A stretch of DNA of 64,000 nucleotides, from positions 1 through 64,000 of the IMG/VR virus record IMGVR_UViG_3300044842_000203, one strand, 5' to 3'. The notes under the pieces were generated by a model that saw only the letters and a program-made list of their open reading frames with translations, was not told the DNA's origin and ran no database searches. Source of the stretch: a virus. Lineage: Duplodnaviria > Caudoviricetes. The translations under genes and the position numbers were made by a program. Every line of letters begins with the position of its first letter. Position 1 is the first letter of the stretch. Positions 8,960-18,882 of this stretch are shown here, in pieces.

Positions 8960-11422
8960 TTAGTAGCTGTACCGGCGGGCCAGGGCGCGGCGGTTGTCAT
9001 CGCGAGAGCGCCGGTCCATCGCAGCGATCAGTTTGTCGATCTTGCCGTCGTCTGCGTCGCGCCGGAGCAAGGTGTCGGTTAGCTCGTGCACAGCCTCGAC
9101 GATGCGCTCACCTTTGGTGTCGATATTCACCACTGGCGGTAGGGCTGTGTCGAACGCTGAGGGCCTATCGAGCAGTTCGGAGTATCCAGGCACCGAAGCG
9201 GCCACCGCGGCGGCTACCGGCTGAGGCAGCGTCTTCGCCAGCTGCGGAGTGCGCAGCATGGAGGCCAGGGAGGGCACTACGTAGCCGCCGCGTGGCAGGT
9301 CGTTGCGCAGTTCGGGGCCGCCCATACCGACCATGCCCCACAGTTTGCCGCCGGAGATGACGGCCTCGGGTCCGCGCTCGCCCACGATGGCGGTCTCGTA
9401 CTCGATGACGCCGCCGCGCTCCATCAGCGGTAGCTTCGGCAGAGTGAAGCCCTTGCCGCCGATCACCGGCACCCAGTCGGGCACCTTGATCTCGGGGATG
9501 GAGTTCCACAGGTTTGCTAGGCCGTTGTAGACCCATTTGACGAAATTGAAGATGTCGATGAAGGGTTGCGCGATGGCTTTAGCTAGCCACACGGCTCCGT
9601 CGGCGAGGCCTTTGAAGACCCAGTTCACGAAGTCGTGGAACCACTGGAATTTGAAGTAAGCCCAGATCAGGATGCCGACGAGCAGCAAGAGTCCCACGAT
9701 GATGGCGCCGACGGGGTTGGCAGCGATGGCGATGCCAATGGCGCGCAGGGACCAGGCCACGGCTTCGGCGACGCCTTTGATGGCGCCAGAGACTCCCTCG
9801 AAGACCAGCTTGAGTGACTTTTGGGCGATGGTGAGATCTTTTGTCGGCCCGGTGAGCTTAGTGATCCATTCGAAGGCCTTCAGCCCCTTGCTGGCGATCT
9901 TGAGCGCGGCGCCGGTCACGGTCCAGAGGGTGAGGAACAGGCCGATCGCCGGTCCGAGGCCGGGCACGTGCGCCACTAGCCACGCCACAGTGGCGGCCAG
10001 CCCGGCGAGGATTCTCAGCATGTCGGTCAGCCCGCCGAGTGGAATGTTGGACAGAATGCTTGCGATTGCGGACAAGAAATCAATTAACGCGGGACCGAAG
10101 CCGGTCTGCCCACCAATGCTATGAAATAAGTTGCTCAGCATAGGCAAAAACTCGGTGCGCAATTGGTGAATGAGATTGGCCATACCGGGGCTTGCGCCAA
10201 GATGGCCGATGCCCTTGAGAATGTCGCCGAATAGACCCAGCGTTTCTTTCAAGACGGGCACGGCGTCTTCGAAGTATTTGGTGATCCGGGCAACCCCGGC
10301 AGCCGAGGTCGTCCAGTCGCGGAATCGCTGACTCGCCGAGGCCAGCCCACCGCCAAAGTTATCTTTAGCGACCTTCCCGGCAATGGTGAAAATGTTATAA
10401 ATACCGACTAGGAAGTTTATGAAGGTATGGGCGGATCTGGTGGCCTGATCCCACGCCTTCATCATCCAGGAAGTGGCCTTGCCTGAGTCAGTGACCCGCT
10501 GCGTCCAGGCTTCGAAGCGGGCCGAGAGCCGATCCGCGCTACCGATCATGGCTTGGAGCAGCGGCAATGCGGCGTAGGCGAGGTTCAGGAAGGCGCCGAA
10601 CCCGCGCCCAGCGATCGTGCCGAACGTGGCGACCTGCGGATTCAGGCCAGCGAAAATGCGGCTAATCATTTCCACATTGCGTCCGGACGAGGCTGCTTGT
10701 GCGAAATTAACTGCTGCCTTGCCCATGCCGGATGCCATGCCGACTAACCCAGATTTCAGCGTGGGGATTAGTCGATCATGCACAATATCGGTGAATTGGC
10801 GAATGCCGGGCACTAACGCTTGAGTGATTTCATAGCGCATCGCCATGAAATCATTAGTCAGTGGACGTAGTAGCGCACCAATATCTTTGCCGCTGATTTT
10901 GAGGATCGCCATAGCGCCGCCGAAAGCGAACAGCAGCGGTATGATTGCGCCCAGCACGCCGACCATTGGCGAGAGTCGACCAATGGCCATCACAGCACCA
11001 GCGCCCAACGAATTGAGCATGCTGATGGCCATCTGACCGCCCGTGATCAGCGTCCCCCACTTAACCAGCTTAATGAGACCGTTAAAGCCGCCGACTTTCT
11101 TAGACGCTTTATCGAGCGACTTCGCCCACTTCTCGAAACCCTCCGAGCCAACACCGGCCTTCGCCCCGGCGCCCAGCGCCGCATCGCCCGCAGCCTTCGC
11201 CACCGGAATGAACCGGCCCGCCGCATCCCGAGCCCGATTCGTTGCCCGTTCACTGCGGGACATGCCCGACTGGACCTCAGTGCCCGCCTTCTGTGCAGCC
11301 CGGCCCAGCTTCGCGAACGATTCATCGGTCTTCGCAAGGTGCTCATCGGAGCGGGTCAGCGCCGCCGACAGAGACTCCTCATCCGCTGTTACCCGTAGAT
11401 GCGCTTCATCCTCAGCGGCCAT
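8960..11422 (-). CDS. Tape measure protein
   Basis: 820 aa Ala/Gly-rich helical protein, ANPVG motif, C-terminal IVGERGPE; position after chaperones. Confidence 0.85.
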   Translation of the reverse strand: MAAEDEAHLRVTADEESLSAALTRSDEHLAKTDESFAKLGRAAQKAGTEVQSGMSRSERATNRARDAAGRFIPVAKAAGDAALGAGAKAGVGSEGFEKWAKSLDKASKKVGGFNGLIKLVKWGTLITGGQMAISMLNSLGAGAVMAIGRLSPMVGVLGAIIPLLFAFGGAMAILKISGKDIGALLRPLTNDFMAMRYEITQALVPGIRQFTDIVHDRLIPTLKSGLVGMASGMGKAAVNFAQAASSGRNVEMISRIFAGLNPQVATFGTIAGRGFGAFLNLAYAALPLLQAMIGSADRLSARFEAWTQRVTDSGKATSWMMKAWDQATRSAHTFINFLVGIYNIFTIAGKVAKDNFGGGLASASQRFRDWTTSAAGVARITKYFEDAVPVLKETLGLFGDILKGIGHLGASPGMANLIHQLRTEFLPMLSNLFHSIGGQTGFGPALIDFLSAIASILSNIPLGGLTDMLRILAGLAATVAWLVAHVPGLGPAIGLFLTLWTVTGAALKIASKGLKAFEWITKLTGPTKDLTIAQKSLKLVFEGVSGAIKGVAEAVAWSLRAIGIAIAANPVGAIIVGLLLLVGILIWAYFKFQWFHDFVNWVFKGLADGAVWLAKAIAQPFIDIFNFVKWVYNGLANLWNSIPEIKVPDWVPVIGGKGFTLPKLPLMERGGVIEYETAIVGERGPEAVISGGKLWGMVGMGGPELRNDLPRGGYVVPSLASMLRTPQLAKTLPQPVAAAVAASVPGYSELLDRPSAFDTALPPVVNIDTKGERIVEAVHELTDTLLRRDADDGKIDKLIAAMDRRSRDDNRRALARRYSY

Positions 11423-11585
11423 CCCACCTCCCCGCGCATCTCCAGGTCACGCGGTGATGGTGTCAGCGCCCACAGCCCGTGCACGCGCCGACACGCACAA
11501 CCCAGATAGCGGCTGCGCATAGCCGCCGCAAAGAGGACTCTGAGGCACCTTCCGGCGCAACGCGCCCCCGGTAAGGAATCCACCC

Positions 11586-11996
11586 ATGAGCCACCCTCTT
11601 CGCAAACCGGCCGCCGACAGTACGCCCAATAACCTGCTGTTAAGCACCACAGTCAGCCGCCACCTCGACTACGACACCATCGCCGTCTTCGGCGAACTCG
11701 ACGAAAACACAGCGGCTCTCGTGCGCCAGGCCATCGACACCGCGCTAGCCCGCAAACCCCGCCGGCTCGTCATCGACCTCACCCAGACGCGCTTCATGGG
11801 CTCCTGCGGGCTGTCCCTGCTCATCGACACCCGAGTCCGAGCACACGCCACCGGCAGCGCGTTCTACCTGCGCTACGCCAACCGCGGCATCGTCGCCACC
11901 GTGCTACGCCTCAGTGGACTCAGCGAGGTCTTCGAACAGTTCAGCCCCCCGGTGACGCTGCCCGCTTCGCTGCGGCCTCCTCCTGACGGGCAATAA
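11586..11996 (+). CDS. STAS anti-sigma-factor antagonist
   Basis: VFGELD...LVIDLTQTRFMGSCGLSLL; RBS AAGGA. Confidence 0.85.
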   Translation: MSHPLRKPAADSTPNNLLLSTTVSRHLDYDTIAVFGELDENTAALVRQAIDTALARKPRRLVIDLTQTRFMGSCGLSLLIDTRVRAHATGSAFYLRYANRGIVATVLRLSGLSEVFEQFSPPVTLPASLRPPPDGQ

Positions 11997-12180
11997 AGCG
12001 GGCGCACGCCACCCGCACCAGCATCGGCCACTCGTCGGCGTCATCGTTGAGCAGCATCACCGGATCCAGGCGAAACAGCCGGGCCACCATGGCGGCTTCC
12101 CGCACCACGCCCAACCCAGCAAGGTATTCGATGACCGCTTCGCGACGAGCCAGTAGCGGATGCTGGCTTACGTAGGGTCC
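11941..12180 (-). CDS. Tail assembly chaperone C-terminal (-1 frameshift) segment
   Basis: Open -1 frame overlapping the chaperone end (GCG GAC CCT ACG TAA) with no clear own RBS. Confidence 0.55.
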   Translation of the reverse strand, partial: GPYVSQHPLLARREAVIEYLAGLGVVREAAMVARLFRLDPVMLLNDDADEWPMLVRVACARFIARQEEAAAKRAASPGG

Positions 12181-12737
12181 GCGCCCGGCGCGTCCTCGCC
12201 ATAGCCGCACGCCTCTTGCAGCTCTATACCGGCGCGCATCACCAGCGCATCCCGGTTACCGAAGACCCGCTTAACGCCCATCACCGGATCCATCACGCCC
12301 AGTTGCGCCAGCAGTGTCGGATCCTCCAGCGGGCGCTCCTGCGCACTGTCCACCGCCCGATAGGACCCGTCTCCGTTGAGCAGCTCCACCCGCACACACT
12401 GCGCTACGATCAACCGCGCGTACACCGCCACTTCATCCATCTGTTTGATGTCCGGCATGCGCTTGCGTCGCTGCTCGCGCGGCAGCCCGGCCAGCTGGAT
12501 GCGCTTGAAATCCTGCTGAGACAGTTGCGTCGAGCACACCAAGCGGATGTAGCCACCGGGCCCAGACAGGTTGCAGTCGGGGAACTCCACCTCGGCGACC
12601 TGCTCGGACTGCTCCACCGCGGCCCGAAGATCGTCCAGAGTGGACGGCAGCTCCGGAGAGACATAGGTGGTAATCCCCGAGCCGGCGGCATGCGCGCCAC
12701 CGCCCAGCGGGTCATACACAGTCGGTTGTTCGCTCAC
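12168..12737 (-). CDS. Tail assembly chaperone
   Basis: Between tube and tape measure, ends ..DPT*; RBS GAGGAG. Confidence 0.7.
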   Translation of the reverse strand: MSEQPTVYDPLGGGAHAAGSGITTYVSPELPSTLDDLRAAVEQSEQVAEVEFPDCNLSGPGGYIRLVCSTQLSQQDFKRIQLAGLPREQRRKRMPDIKQMDEVAVYARLIVAQCVRVELLNGDGSYRAVDSAQERPLEDPTLLAQLGVMDPVMGVKRVFGNRDALVMRAGIELQEACGYGEDAPGADPT

Positions 12738-12824
12738 ACTTGCTCCTCACAGTAGATGGGCAACCCGAGCCGACCCCGGACGCTGTGAGGACACCGCCCA
12801 GGGTCAGCTCGCGCTGCCCATCGA

Positions 12825-13238
12825 CTACGTGACGTCCGCGACAGCGAACGTCAGCTCCCACTGCGCCGGGTCCGATGCGTTGGCATCCACCTCGACCAGC
12901 TTGACGGCCTTAAGTAGGGCGTTGGTGTAGGTGTCGGGGATACCGCCCGGAACGCGTGTCATATCACCCTGCAACGGCACGACGCTCAACGTGGTCCGCA
13001 GAATGCCCACCTGCGCCTTAGCGATCTTCAGCAGGGGGCCGTCCACGGCCGGGTCAAAAGCATTGGTGAGCACCACGTCGGTGGTCTTCGGAGACGCGGC
13101 GAGCACATCAGGTGTAGTGGAGCCACCGTCATACCAGGTGGCCGTTTCCGCCTGCTTCTCGCCGCCCGTCTTCTTGGTGAACGTGCGCGAACCGAACGCG
13201 GGACAGGTCACCAGGAATTGGTTGGCAGCCGCCTTCAT
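12825..13238 (-). CDS. Tail tube protein
   Basis: 137 aa directly after sheath; F.KKTGGE and EVDANASD...ELTF motifs. Confidence 0.8.
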   Translation of the reverse strand: MKAAANQFLVTCPAFGSRTFTKKTGGEKQAETATWYDGGSTTPDVLAASPKTTDVVLTNAFDPAVDGPLLKIAKAQVGILRTTLSVVPLQGDMTRVPGGIPDTYTNALLKAVKLVEVDANASDPAQWELTFAVADVT

Positions 13239-13250
13239 GGTGTGCTCCTC

Positions 13251-14714
13251 CTAGAACCGGCGGGTCACGCCGACCTTGGTGACAGTCAATTCGATCAACA
13301 CTGCGGTGGGTGACACCCGCACCGCCACCGTGGCCCGCACCGTGTTACCGCTGGCCACATCCCGCGACGGATCCGTGGTGATCAGATAGCCGGGATCTAG
13401 TTCCGTCGGCTGCCCCGTGGCGTCGAAATCAATCCAGGGGAACAATCCCCCACTGTCGGCCATTGGCTTGACGATGCCGGTCAGCGCCGACTCGATACGC
13501 GCCAGCAGATGCCCGCGGGCGTCGATCGCGTCGAACAGCATCGGATCCAGGGCCTGCTGGCCGGCGACCACGATGCGGTTGATGACGTCGATACCGGTGA
13601 GCAGTCGCCAGTTCGCCAGATCCGAAGACAACGAACGCCACCCATACAGCCGGACACCCCCAGCGACCGGCATGATCGGATTGACTTTCGCGTCCTCCAG
13701 TGCGCCCGCGGTGACCGCATCGAAAATCTGGTCCGGCTGCGTAATCGTGATCGAGCGGGCCCGGTCCCCAGCTGGCGCCTGCCACGGGCCCTCCGTGCGA
13801 TGCGCCCGGCTGCGCACCGCGGCCACATACCCGTCCGGGGGGATCGCCAGCGTGCCCCCGTACTGGTCCTTGGTGAGCAGCCACGGGGCGAACAGGCCCG
13901 CGTACTCACTGTCGTAGGAGGCCGCCAGAGTGGCCAGCTGTGTCGCCCCAGCGCCGCGAGACGACACCAGAATCGCCAACCGCGAGTTCGCCTGCGCGTG
14001 CGCAATCAATCCCGCATGCGTGGCATCCCCGCCACCGGGAATCGCCACACACCCATCACCCAACTGCGACCCGAACCGAGCCAGCGCGGCCACCAGCGTC
14101 GCCGCATTCACCGACCCCCGGTCATCCGAGCCTGCCGACAACGAAACCGGGTTAGTGGTCACCGCCGGATTGTTGTTCGGGGCGGTGGTCGCCGACGCCA
14201 AATCGCTGGCCACCACCCACTTCGAGCCGGCCATCTTCGTGACCGCATCCTGCGGGGAAGCCAGGTTCGCGTAACGCTCCTGCTCAACGCCCTTGTACAT
14301 CACCGACACGGTGAACGTGTTGGGCACAGTGCCGTTCAAAATGGAGATCGACACATCGGAAGACCAGGCACCGGGACCCGATGCGGCGAAAGACATCGTG
14401 TTCACTGGGGTGCTCGCCCGGTCCTGCAACGGGCTGGCCAGCGCGCCCGCAGTAGCCGCTGGCCCCACCACGCGGGCGATGTACGCCTCTCCGCCACCTT
14501 CGGCGAAGAACGTGGTCACGTCGTCATACAGGTTGCCGTAGGAGGGCCGATTGCCGTAGATGGCTTGGAATTGGGCCAGGCTCGTCACCCGCGCCACATC
14601 CGTGGCGGGGCCGCGTTCCGCCAAACCAACCACAAAATAGGTCGCAGACGGGACCGGGGCGGGATAGATCTGACCCGCGGTCGCGGTGCGGGTAACGGTC
14701 ACGCCTACAGCCAT
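13251..14714 (-). CDS. Contractile tail sheath protein
   Basis: FFAEGG..AYIARV, PPDGYVAA, APAG, VNPI..G.RLYGWRSL. Confidence 0.92.
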   Translation of the reverse strand: MAVGVTVTRTATAGQIYPAPVPSATYFVVGLAERGPATDVARVTSLAQFQAIYGNRPSYGNLYDDVTTFFAEGGGEAYIARVVGPAATAGALASPLQDRASTPVNTMSFAASGPGAWSSDVSISILNGTVPNTFTVSVMYKGVEQERYANLASPQDAVTKMAGSKWVVASDLASATTAPNNNPAVTTNPVSLSAGSDDRGSVNAATLVAALARFGSQLGDGCVAIPGGGDATHAGLIAHAQANSRLAILVSSRGAGATQLATLAASYDSEYAGLFAPWLLTKDQYGGTLAIPPDGYVAAVRSRAHRTEGPWQAPAGDRARSITITQPDQIFDAVTAGALEDAKVNPIMPVAGGVRLYGWRSLSSDLANWRLLTGIDVINRIVVAGQQALDPMLFDAIDARGHLLARIESALTGIVKPMADSGGLFPWIDFDATGQPTELDPGYLITTDPSRDVASGNTVRATVAVRVSPTAVLIELTVTKVGVTRRF

Positions 14715-14786
14715 GATGGCCTCCGCAGCATCGGCACGGGCCGGATCATCGCAGAGCTACGGATACTCACTCGCCGCGACGCGCCG

Positions 14787-15068
14787 TCAGGTTTGCGCAG
14801 GCTCAGTGTCCATGCGCAACCACGATGCGCCCTTCATAACCCAACGCCCATCAGCAAGGGACTCATCGTGCACTGGGCAGCCCGGCGCGGTCGGCTGCCC
14901 CACCATCAAAGGCTGCGGGCACGAGCAGCGCGGCCGATAACCGAGATACGACTCGGCGATCCGACGCCCGACGCCTTCCCAGTCCATGGAACCGCCCGGC
15001 TCGCGCGGTACCGCGTTATCGAGCAGCACCTTCAAATGCGCGGCCTCGTCTGCGCTAAGAGCAATCAC
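14787..15068 (-). CDS. Hypothetical protein
   Basis: ORF filling the operon, CSC..CPVH motif. Confidence 0.45.
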   Translation of the reverse strand: MIALSADEAAHLKVLLDNAVPREPGGSMDWEGVGRRIAESYLGYRPRCSCPQPLMVGQPTAPGCPVHDESLADGRWVMKGASWLRMDTEPAQT

Positions 15069-15077
15069 CGCGGCAGG

Positions 15078-15269
15078 CTAGTCCGTGTCGGCGGCCGGGG
15101 ACTCGACCACCATCAGATAGCCGTGATCCACCGCGGCCTGCCCCACCTTGTCAAGAGCGGTGAACTCGACCCGTTCGCCACCGCCCAGCTGCAACCCCGA
15201 CTCGGTGTAAACCACTCCAGCGCGGCCCGAGTTCAGCAGCAGCTTGCGCATCTTCGCTTTAGTTGTCAC
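15078..15269 (-). CDS. Small virion-operon protein
   Basis: GTG with RBS GGAGG overlapping the upstream gene end. Confidence 0.5.
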   Translation of the reverse strand: MTTKAKMRKLLLNSGRAGVVYTESGLQLGGGERVEFTALDKVGQAAVDHGYLMVVESPAADTD

Positions 15270-15945
15270 CGGGATCCTCCGCAGGGCCAGTCCAGGGCAG
15301 CAGCGTGACCTGCAAATCAATGTGCTGGAAACTGCCCCAGTCGTCGATGGTGGTCACCGCGTCAGTGTCGTACTCGTGGGCGATCTCGTAGGTGAGCAGC
15401 GCCGGGGCCCACACGCGCGTGTTGCCCTTCCCCATGCGCACCGGCTCGCCGTACTCCTCGGAGATCGACGACGAATTAACCAGGAAACCGGTGTCGCCCA
15501 CCGCCGGGGGGATCGCCAGCGTCGGGTACGAAAACAAGGTGTCGCGCACCGCCGTGGCCAGCCGGTCGCGCCGATCCATCGCCTCGGCCCACCGGCCCGC
15601 CAGGCACCACACGTAGATGCGGGCGGAGTAGTAGTAGCGATTGACGGTGCCGCCCCTCGCCGTCACCTCCACCGTGCGCGTGCGCGGCAACAGCCGGGGA
15701 GTGATGACCTCCACCCAGGCGCCGGACTTCTGGTTGCCGTCGTTGGTGATGCCCCGATCCGTCAGCGCATTGTCCGGAGCCTCCCCGCTGGTGATCGCAT
15801 CCTCGTCGGGCACCGGGATCGCCTCGCGGTCTAGTTGCCACAGGTAGGTCATGCGGTCGATGCGTAGCGGCAAATCGAAAGCCAGCATCGCGGCCACCGC
15901 ATCCCGTACCGCCTTGACCCCGTGCTCGGGCTGCGTCTGGGTCAT
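15259..15945 (-). CDS. Tail completion/terminator protein (putative)
   Basis: Synteny before sheath; coupled start/stop. Confidence 0.55.
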   Translation of the reverse strand: MTQTQPEHGVKAVRDAVAAMLAFDLPLRIDRMTYLWQLDREAIPVPDEDAITSGEAPDNALTDRGITNDGNQKSGAWVEVITPRLLPRTRTVEVTARGGTVNRYYYSARIYVWCLAGRWAEAMDRRDRLATAVRDTLFSYPTLAIPPAVGDTGFLVNSSSISEEYGEPVRMGKGNTRVWAPALLTYEIAHEYDTDAVTTIDDWGSFQHIDLQVTLLPWTGPAEDPGDN

Positions 15946-16295
15946 GGGGGCGGTTCCGAAACCTTGGCGGTGGCAACGCGATGAGCAACCCAGCGGGCAA
16001 TCGCCGGGGTTGCCATGACCCCGATGAAGTCGTCAATGCTGTTCATCCCTGGCATTGGATAGATCAGCCGGCCGATCGCCAACCACGGCATCGGCGACGG
16101 AAGCTGGCCACCGTTGATCGCGGTGACCGCGTACTGCGCGAGGATCGGATTGTTCAACACACCCAGGTACGGATCATCCTTTGCGGGGTCATCGCCGAAC
16201 TGCGCATAGAGGGTGAACCCGAGAGAGCTGCCGGCGCGGACTCGCCTCATGTCGTGCACGGCGAGGGTGTGCTGCGCGGTGTCCGGGGCCCCCAT
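15942..16295 (-). CDS. Hypothetical neck-region protein
   Basis: Translationally coupled within the operon. Confidence 0.5.
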   Translation of the reverse strand: MGAPDTAQHTLAVHDMRRVRAGSSLGFTLYAQFGDDPAKDDPYLGVLNNPILAQYAVTAINGGQLPSPMPWLAIGRLIYPMPGMNSIDDFIGVMATPAIARWVAHRVATAKVSEPPP

Positions 16296-16793
16296 CTACC
16301 GCTCCAGTCGGGTGTTATGCCCGCCAATGTTCGGCCGACCATCGACGATCCACGTCAGCACACACGAGCCCACAACCCCCTCCGCGGCGACCGCCCGCAG
16401 GTTTACCAGCGGCCGGGCGGGGATGTGCGCGCGGGGGGCGCCGGTCTGGTGGTAGATCGCGTACTTCGCCCCGGTGCCCGCATTGAGGCTGTTGTGCGTC
16501 ATGTGTTCGTGCTCCATGGGCCGCCCGGTCATGCCGGTGCGCAGTCGGGTGGTGCGCACCAGCGGCGCGGAGTCGAATCCGGCGGTGAGCTTCTGGCGGA
16601 TCGTGGTGGGGCGCAGCGCCGGCCACGGGGTGCGCCAGCGTCGACCACGAGAGGCGAAGTGTTCTACGTTGGTGACCGCCCACCAGGTGAGCACTTCTTC
16701 CCAGGCGGGGGTGAGGTCGTGGGCGCGTTCGCGCATGGCGTGCAGATTGTTGCGCGCTTCCCGCAGCCCGCCTACGCGCACGTTGATTCTCAC
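16296..16793 (-). CDS. Phage virion morphogenesis (neck, Mu gpG-like) protein
   Basis: W.ALRPTT..K...LVRTTRLR...YAIYHQTG...IPARP signature. Confidence 0.8.
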   Translation of the reverse strand: MRINVRVGGLREARNNLHAMRERAHDLTPAWEEVLTWWAVTNVEHFASRGRRWRTPWPALRPTTIRQKLTAGFDSAPLVRTTRLRTGMTGRPMEHEHMTHNSLNAGTGAKYAIYHQTGAPRAHIPARPLVNLRAVAAEGVVGSCVLTWIVDGRPNIGGHNTRLER

Positions 16794-17380
16794 CGGGACC
16801 TCGCCCCCACTGGCCGGCGCCGGGCGCGCAGCATCAACAGTTCTTGATCCGTCCAGTCCTCATTGAGGTTGACGGGTTTTTCCGCGTCGAGATTGCGGGC
16901 GATCACCGTGTCGTCGTGGCGGTTGAGCATGCAGTTGCCCACCTTGTCGAGCAGGGTGGCCACCAGGTCGGGCTGATCACCCCAACCGCCCATGTAGTGC
17001 ACCTTCACCGGGGGCGCGTACACCGTGCCGTCGGTGAGGGTGAAGGGGCGCACGATGTAGGCCGGCTGGCTCGGGTAGCTGGTGTCATACAGCCACGTTT
17101 CGCCTTGGATCTCGTATGGGTCCGGCGGCACTCCGTTGACGACGAGCACATCGTTGATGGCGATCAGGGTGTGGATCGGGTAGGTGGTCATCACCAGCCC
17201 GGTGGTGGGGCTGACGCGGACCCGTTCGGTGACCTCGATCGGGTCGATCGGTATCCGCAGCCAGCTTTGCAGCCGCGCCTGCCGGCCGTCGATGAAGCGT
17301 TGGCAGTCGGCGCGCTGCTGGTCATTCCACGCCGGGCCGGACAGGTGGTTGCGCACCTGCTCCACGGTGATGATCGCCAT
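16790..17380 (-). CDS. Head-tail connector/adaptor
   Basis: ITVEQVRNHL N-terminus, V.Y.GGW motif; synteny. Confidence 0.65.
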   Translation of the reverse strand: MAIITVEQVRNHLSGPAWNDQQRADCQRFIDGRQARLQSWLRIPIDPIEVTERVRVSPTTGLVMTTYPIHTLIAINDVLVVNGVPPDPYEIQGETWLYDTSYPSQPAYIVRPFTLTDGTVYAPPVKVHYMGGWGDQPDLVATLLDKVGNCMLNRHDDTVIARNLDAEKPVNLNEDWTDQELLMLRARRRPVGARSR

Positions 17381-17382
17381 GA

Positions 17383-17841
17383 CTATTTGATGGCGGTGGA
17401 CAACCCGGCCGCGTCGTGAATGCCGCCACCGGGGGCGTTAACCGGCTTCGCCTCGGTGGGGCTGCTGGCCGCTGAGGTGCCACCGTGCTCAACGAAATAC
17501 GCCTTGTGCACCTGCTGGCCGCGGGACCACAGTTTGATGCAGGTGGGTTGGGCGGCGCCGCGCGGGTAGAACGACTCGTAGCCGTCGTCCGGGGCGATGA
17601 TGTAGTCAGCGGAGGCCGTCATGCCGGCCACGAACGAGCCGGTCAAGGTGGGCGCGCCGACGGAGGTGCTGACGACGCCCAGGTCCGCGGTGGACAGGGC
17701 GGGTTCGGGAGCTTGTTCCACCTCGTGTGAGGTGCGGGCGCGGGGTTTGGTTTGGACCCGCCGCGCTTTGACTGCGCTGGCGACGTCTCGGGGCGCGGTG
17801 TCGCCCATGCGGATTTCGTTGTCCTTGTCCTGGTCGGCCAT
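17383..17841 (-). CDS. Hypothetical head-associated protein (leaderless start MADQDKDN)
   Basis: ATG 6 nt after TACCGT of the late motif. Confidence 0.6.
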   Translation of the reverse strand: MADQDKDNEIRMGDTAPRDVASAVKARRVQTKPRARTSHEVEQAPEPALSTADLGVVSTSVGAPTLTGSFVAGMTASADYIIAPDDGYESFYPRGAAQPTCIKLWSRGQQVHKAYFVEHGGTSAASSPTEAKPVNAPGGGIHDAAGLSTAIK

Positions 17842-18847
17842 GGGCGAACGGTAACGCCGCGCCGAGGTAGGCACTCTGCCGCCACGCGGGACCGTGCTGG
17901 CTCAGCTCGACCAGCAGGGCCCAGCCACCGGGGGCGCACGCAACGCAGGTCAGGATCATCACTGGGTAGACGACGCCGATCTCGAAGGCGCGGCCGGTTT
18001 TGAAGGCTGGCTTGAAGACTTTGCCGCGGATGGTGATGGTGGGGATCTTGGTTTCTTGCCAGCGTTTGCCGGTCTTAGGGTTGACGAACGGGAAGCGCCA
18101 GCAGATGCCGGATTCGGTGAGGGAGTCGCCGAGCATGTGCACGAGGCAGCCTTGGGTGACGAGCCAGGCGAGCAGCACGATGTAGCCCCTGTGCCCGAGT
18201 TCGGGTAGGTCGTGGCACATGGCGAATGCGGCCAGCAGGCAGATGCCTAGTGAGCAGGTGCGCATCCACGGTTTGGAGAACCCGAGTAGCTTCGCACCGC
18301 GCTTGATCAACCAGCGGAAGATGCGGCCGGGCATGGGCACCATGCGCAGGAACGTGTAGGCGCGTTTGGTGAGGAACCGCCCGGCGGCGTTGCCGCGCGG
18401 CGTGCCGTGTGCGTCTTTGGGGATGGCCAGCCCGCGCAGTCCCCAGTGCAGGGAGATGCTGAGCAGGATGGGCACGGCGATCGTGGGGTAGATCAGGCAG
18501 AGGGTGAGCATGAGCACGCCCATGAACAGCGCGCCGGGCCAGGTGTGGGTGATGCCCCGGTGGATTTTGGGTTGGGGGGCGTCTTTGTCGGTGCGGGTGG
18601 CGTAGTAGATGCCGGCGGCGATCCAGCAGATCAGCTCGTGCAGTCCGCGGGTGATAAATCCCAGGGAAGTGGAGACTGCGGCTTTTTGTGAGTCGATGTC
18701 GCACCACATGGCCCAGCCGGCGGTTATGCCGGCGGCGATGTGCGGAAACCACCAAGAGAACTCGAAATTACCAGCGATTTCGATAGCGGCGCAGGTGAAA
18801 TAACCGGATGCGGCGCCCATGAGCGCATGGCCGGGGGTCATACACAT
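17606..18847 (-). CDS. Membrane metal-dependent hydrolase (YdjM/DUF457-like)
   Basis: GHALMG, DID, HRGITH, HMLGDSLT motifs; 3' tail overlaps the next gene. Confidence 0.8.
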   Translation of the reverse strand: MCMTPGHALMGAASGYFTCAAIEIAGNFEFSWWFPHIAAGITAGWAMWCDIDSQKAAVSTSLGFITRGLHELICWIAAGIYYATRTDKDAPQPKIHRGITHTWPGALFMGVLMLTLCLIYPTIAVPILLSISLHWGLRGLAIPKDAHGTPRGNAAGRFLTKRAYTFLRMVPMPGRIFRWLIKRGAKLLGFSKPWMRTCSLGICLLAAFAMCHDLPELGHRGYIVLLAWLVTQGCLVHMLGDSLTESGICWRFPFVNPKTGKRWQETKIPTITIRGKVFKPAFKTGRAFEIGVVYPVMILTCVACAPGGWALLVELSQHGPAWRQSAYLGAALPFAHGRPGQGQRNPHGRHRAPRRRQRSQSAAGPNQTPRPHLTRGGTSSRTRPVHRGPGRRQHLRRRAHLDRLVRGRHDGLR

Positions 18848-18882
18848 GGGGCCTCCTCACAGCCGGAACAGCTGTGAGCATA

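Noticed and set aside
962-14714. Tail cluster as an extracellular contractile injection system or tailocin
   Set aside because: Contiguous with portal, protease, capsid and neck genes that share the same promoter motif, so it is a complete phage
13509-15308. 599-aa + strand ORF, and similar long antisense ORFs (22596-24113, 25788-26792, 30153-31187, 46527-47756, 50016-51065)
   Set aside because: Shadow ORFs opposite well-supported genes; R/H/G-rich composition expected from high GC3
18862-18870. GTTC-containing leader box as a tRNA T-loop remnant
   Set aside because: No cloverleaf or GTTCRA context at any copy; no tRNA recognised in the window
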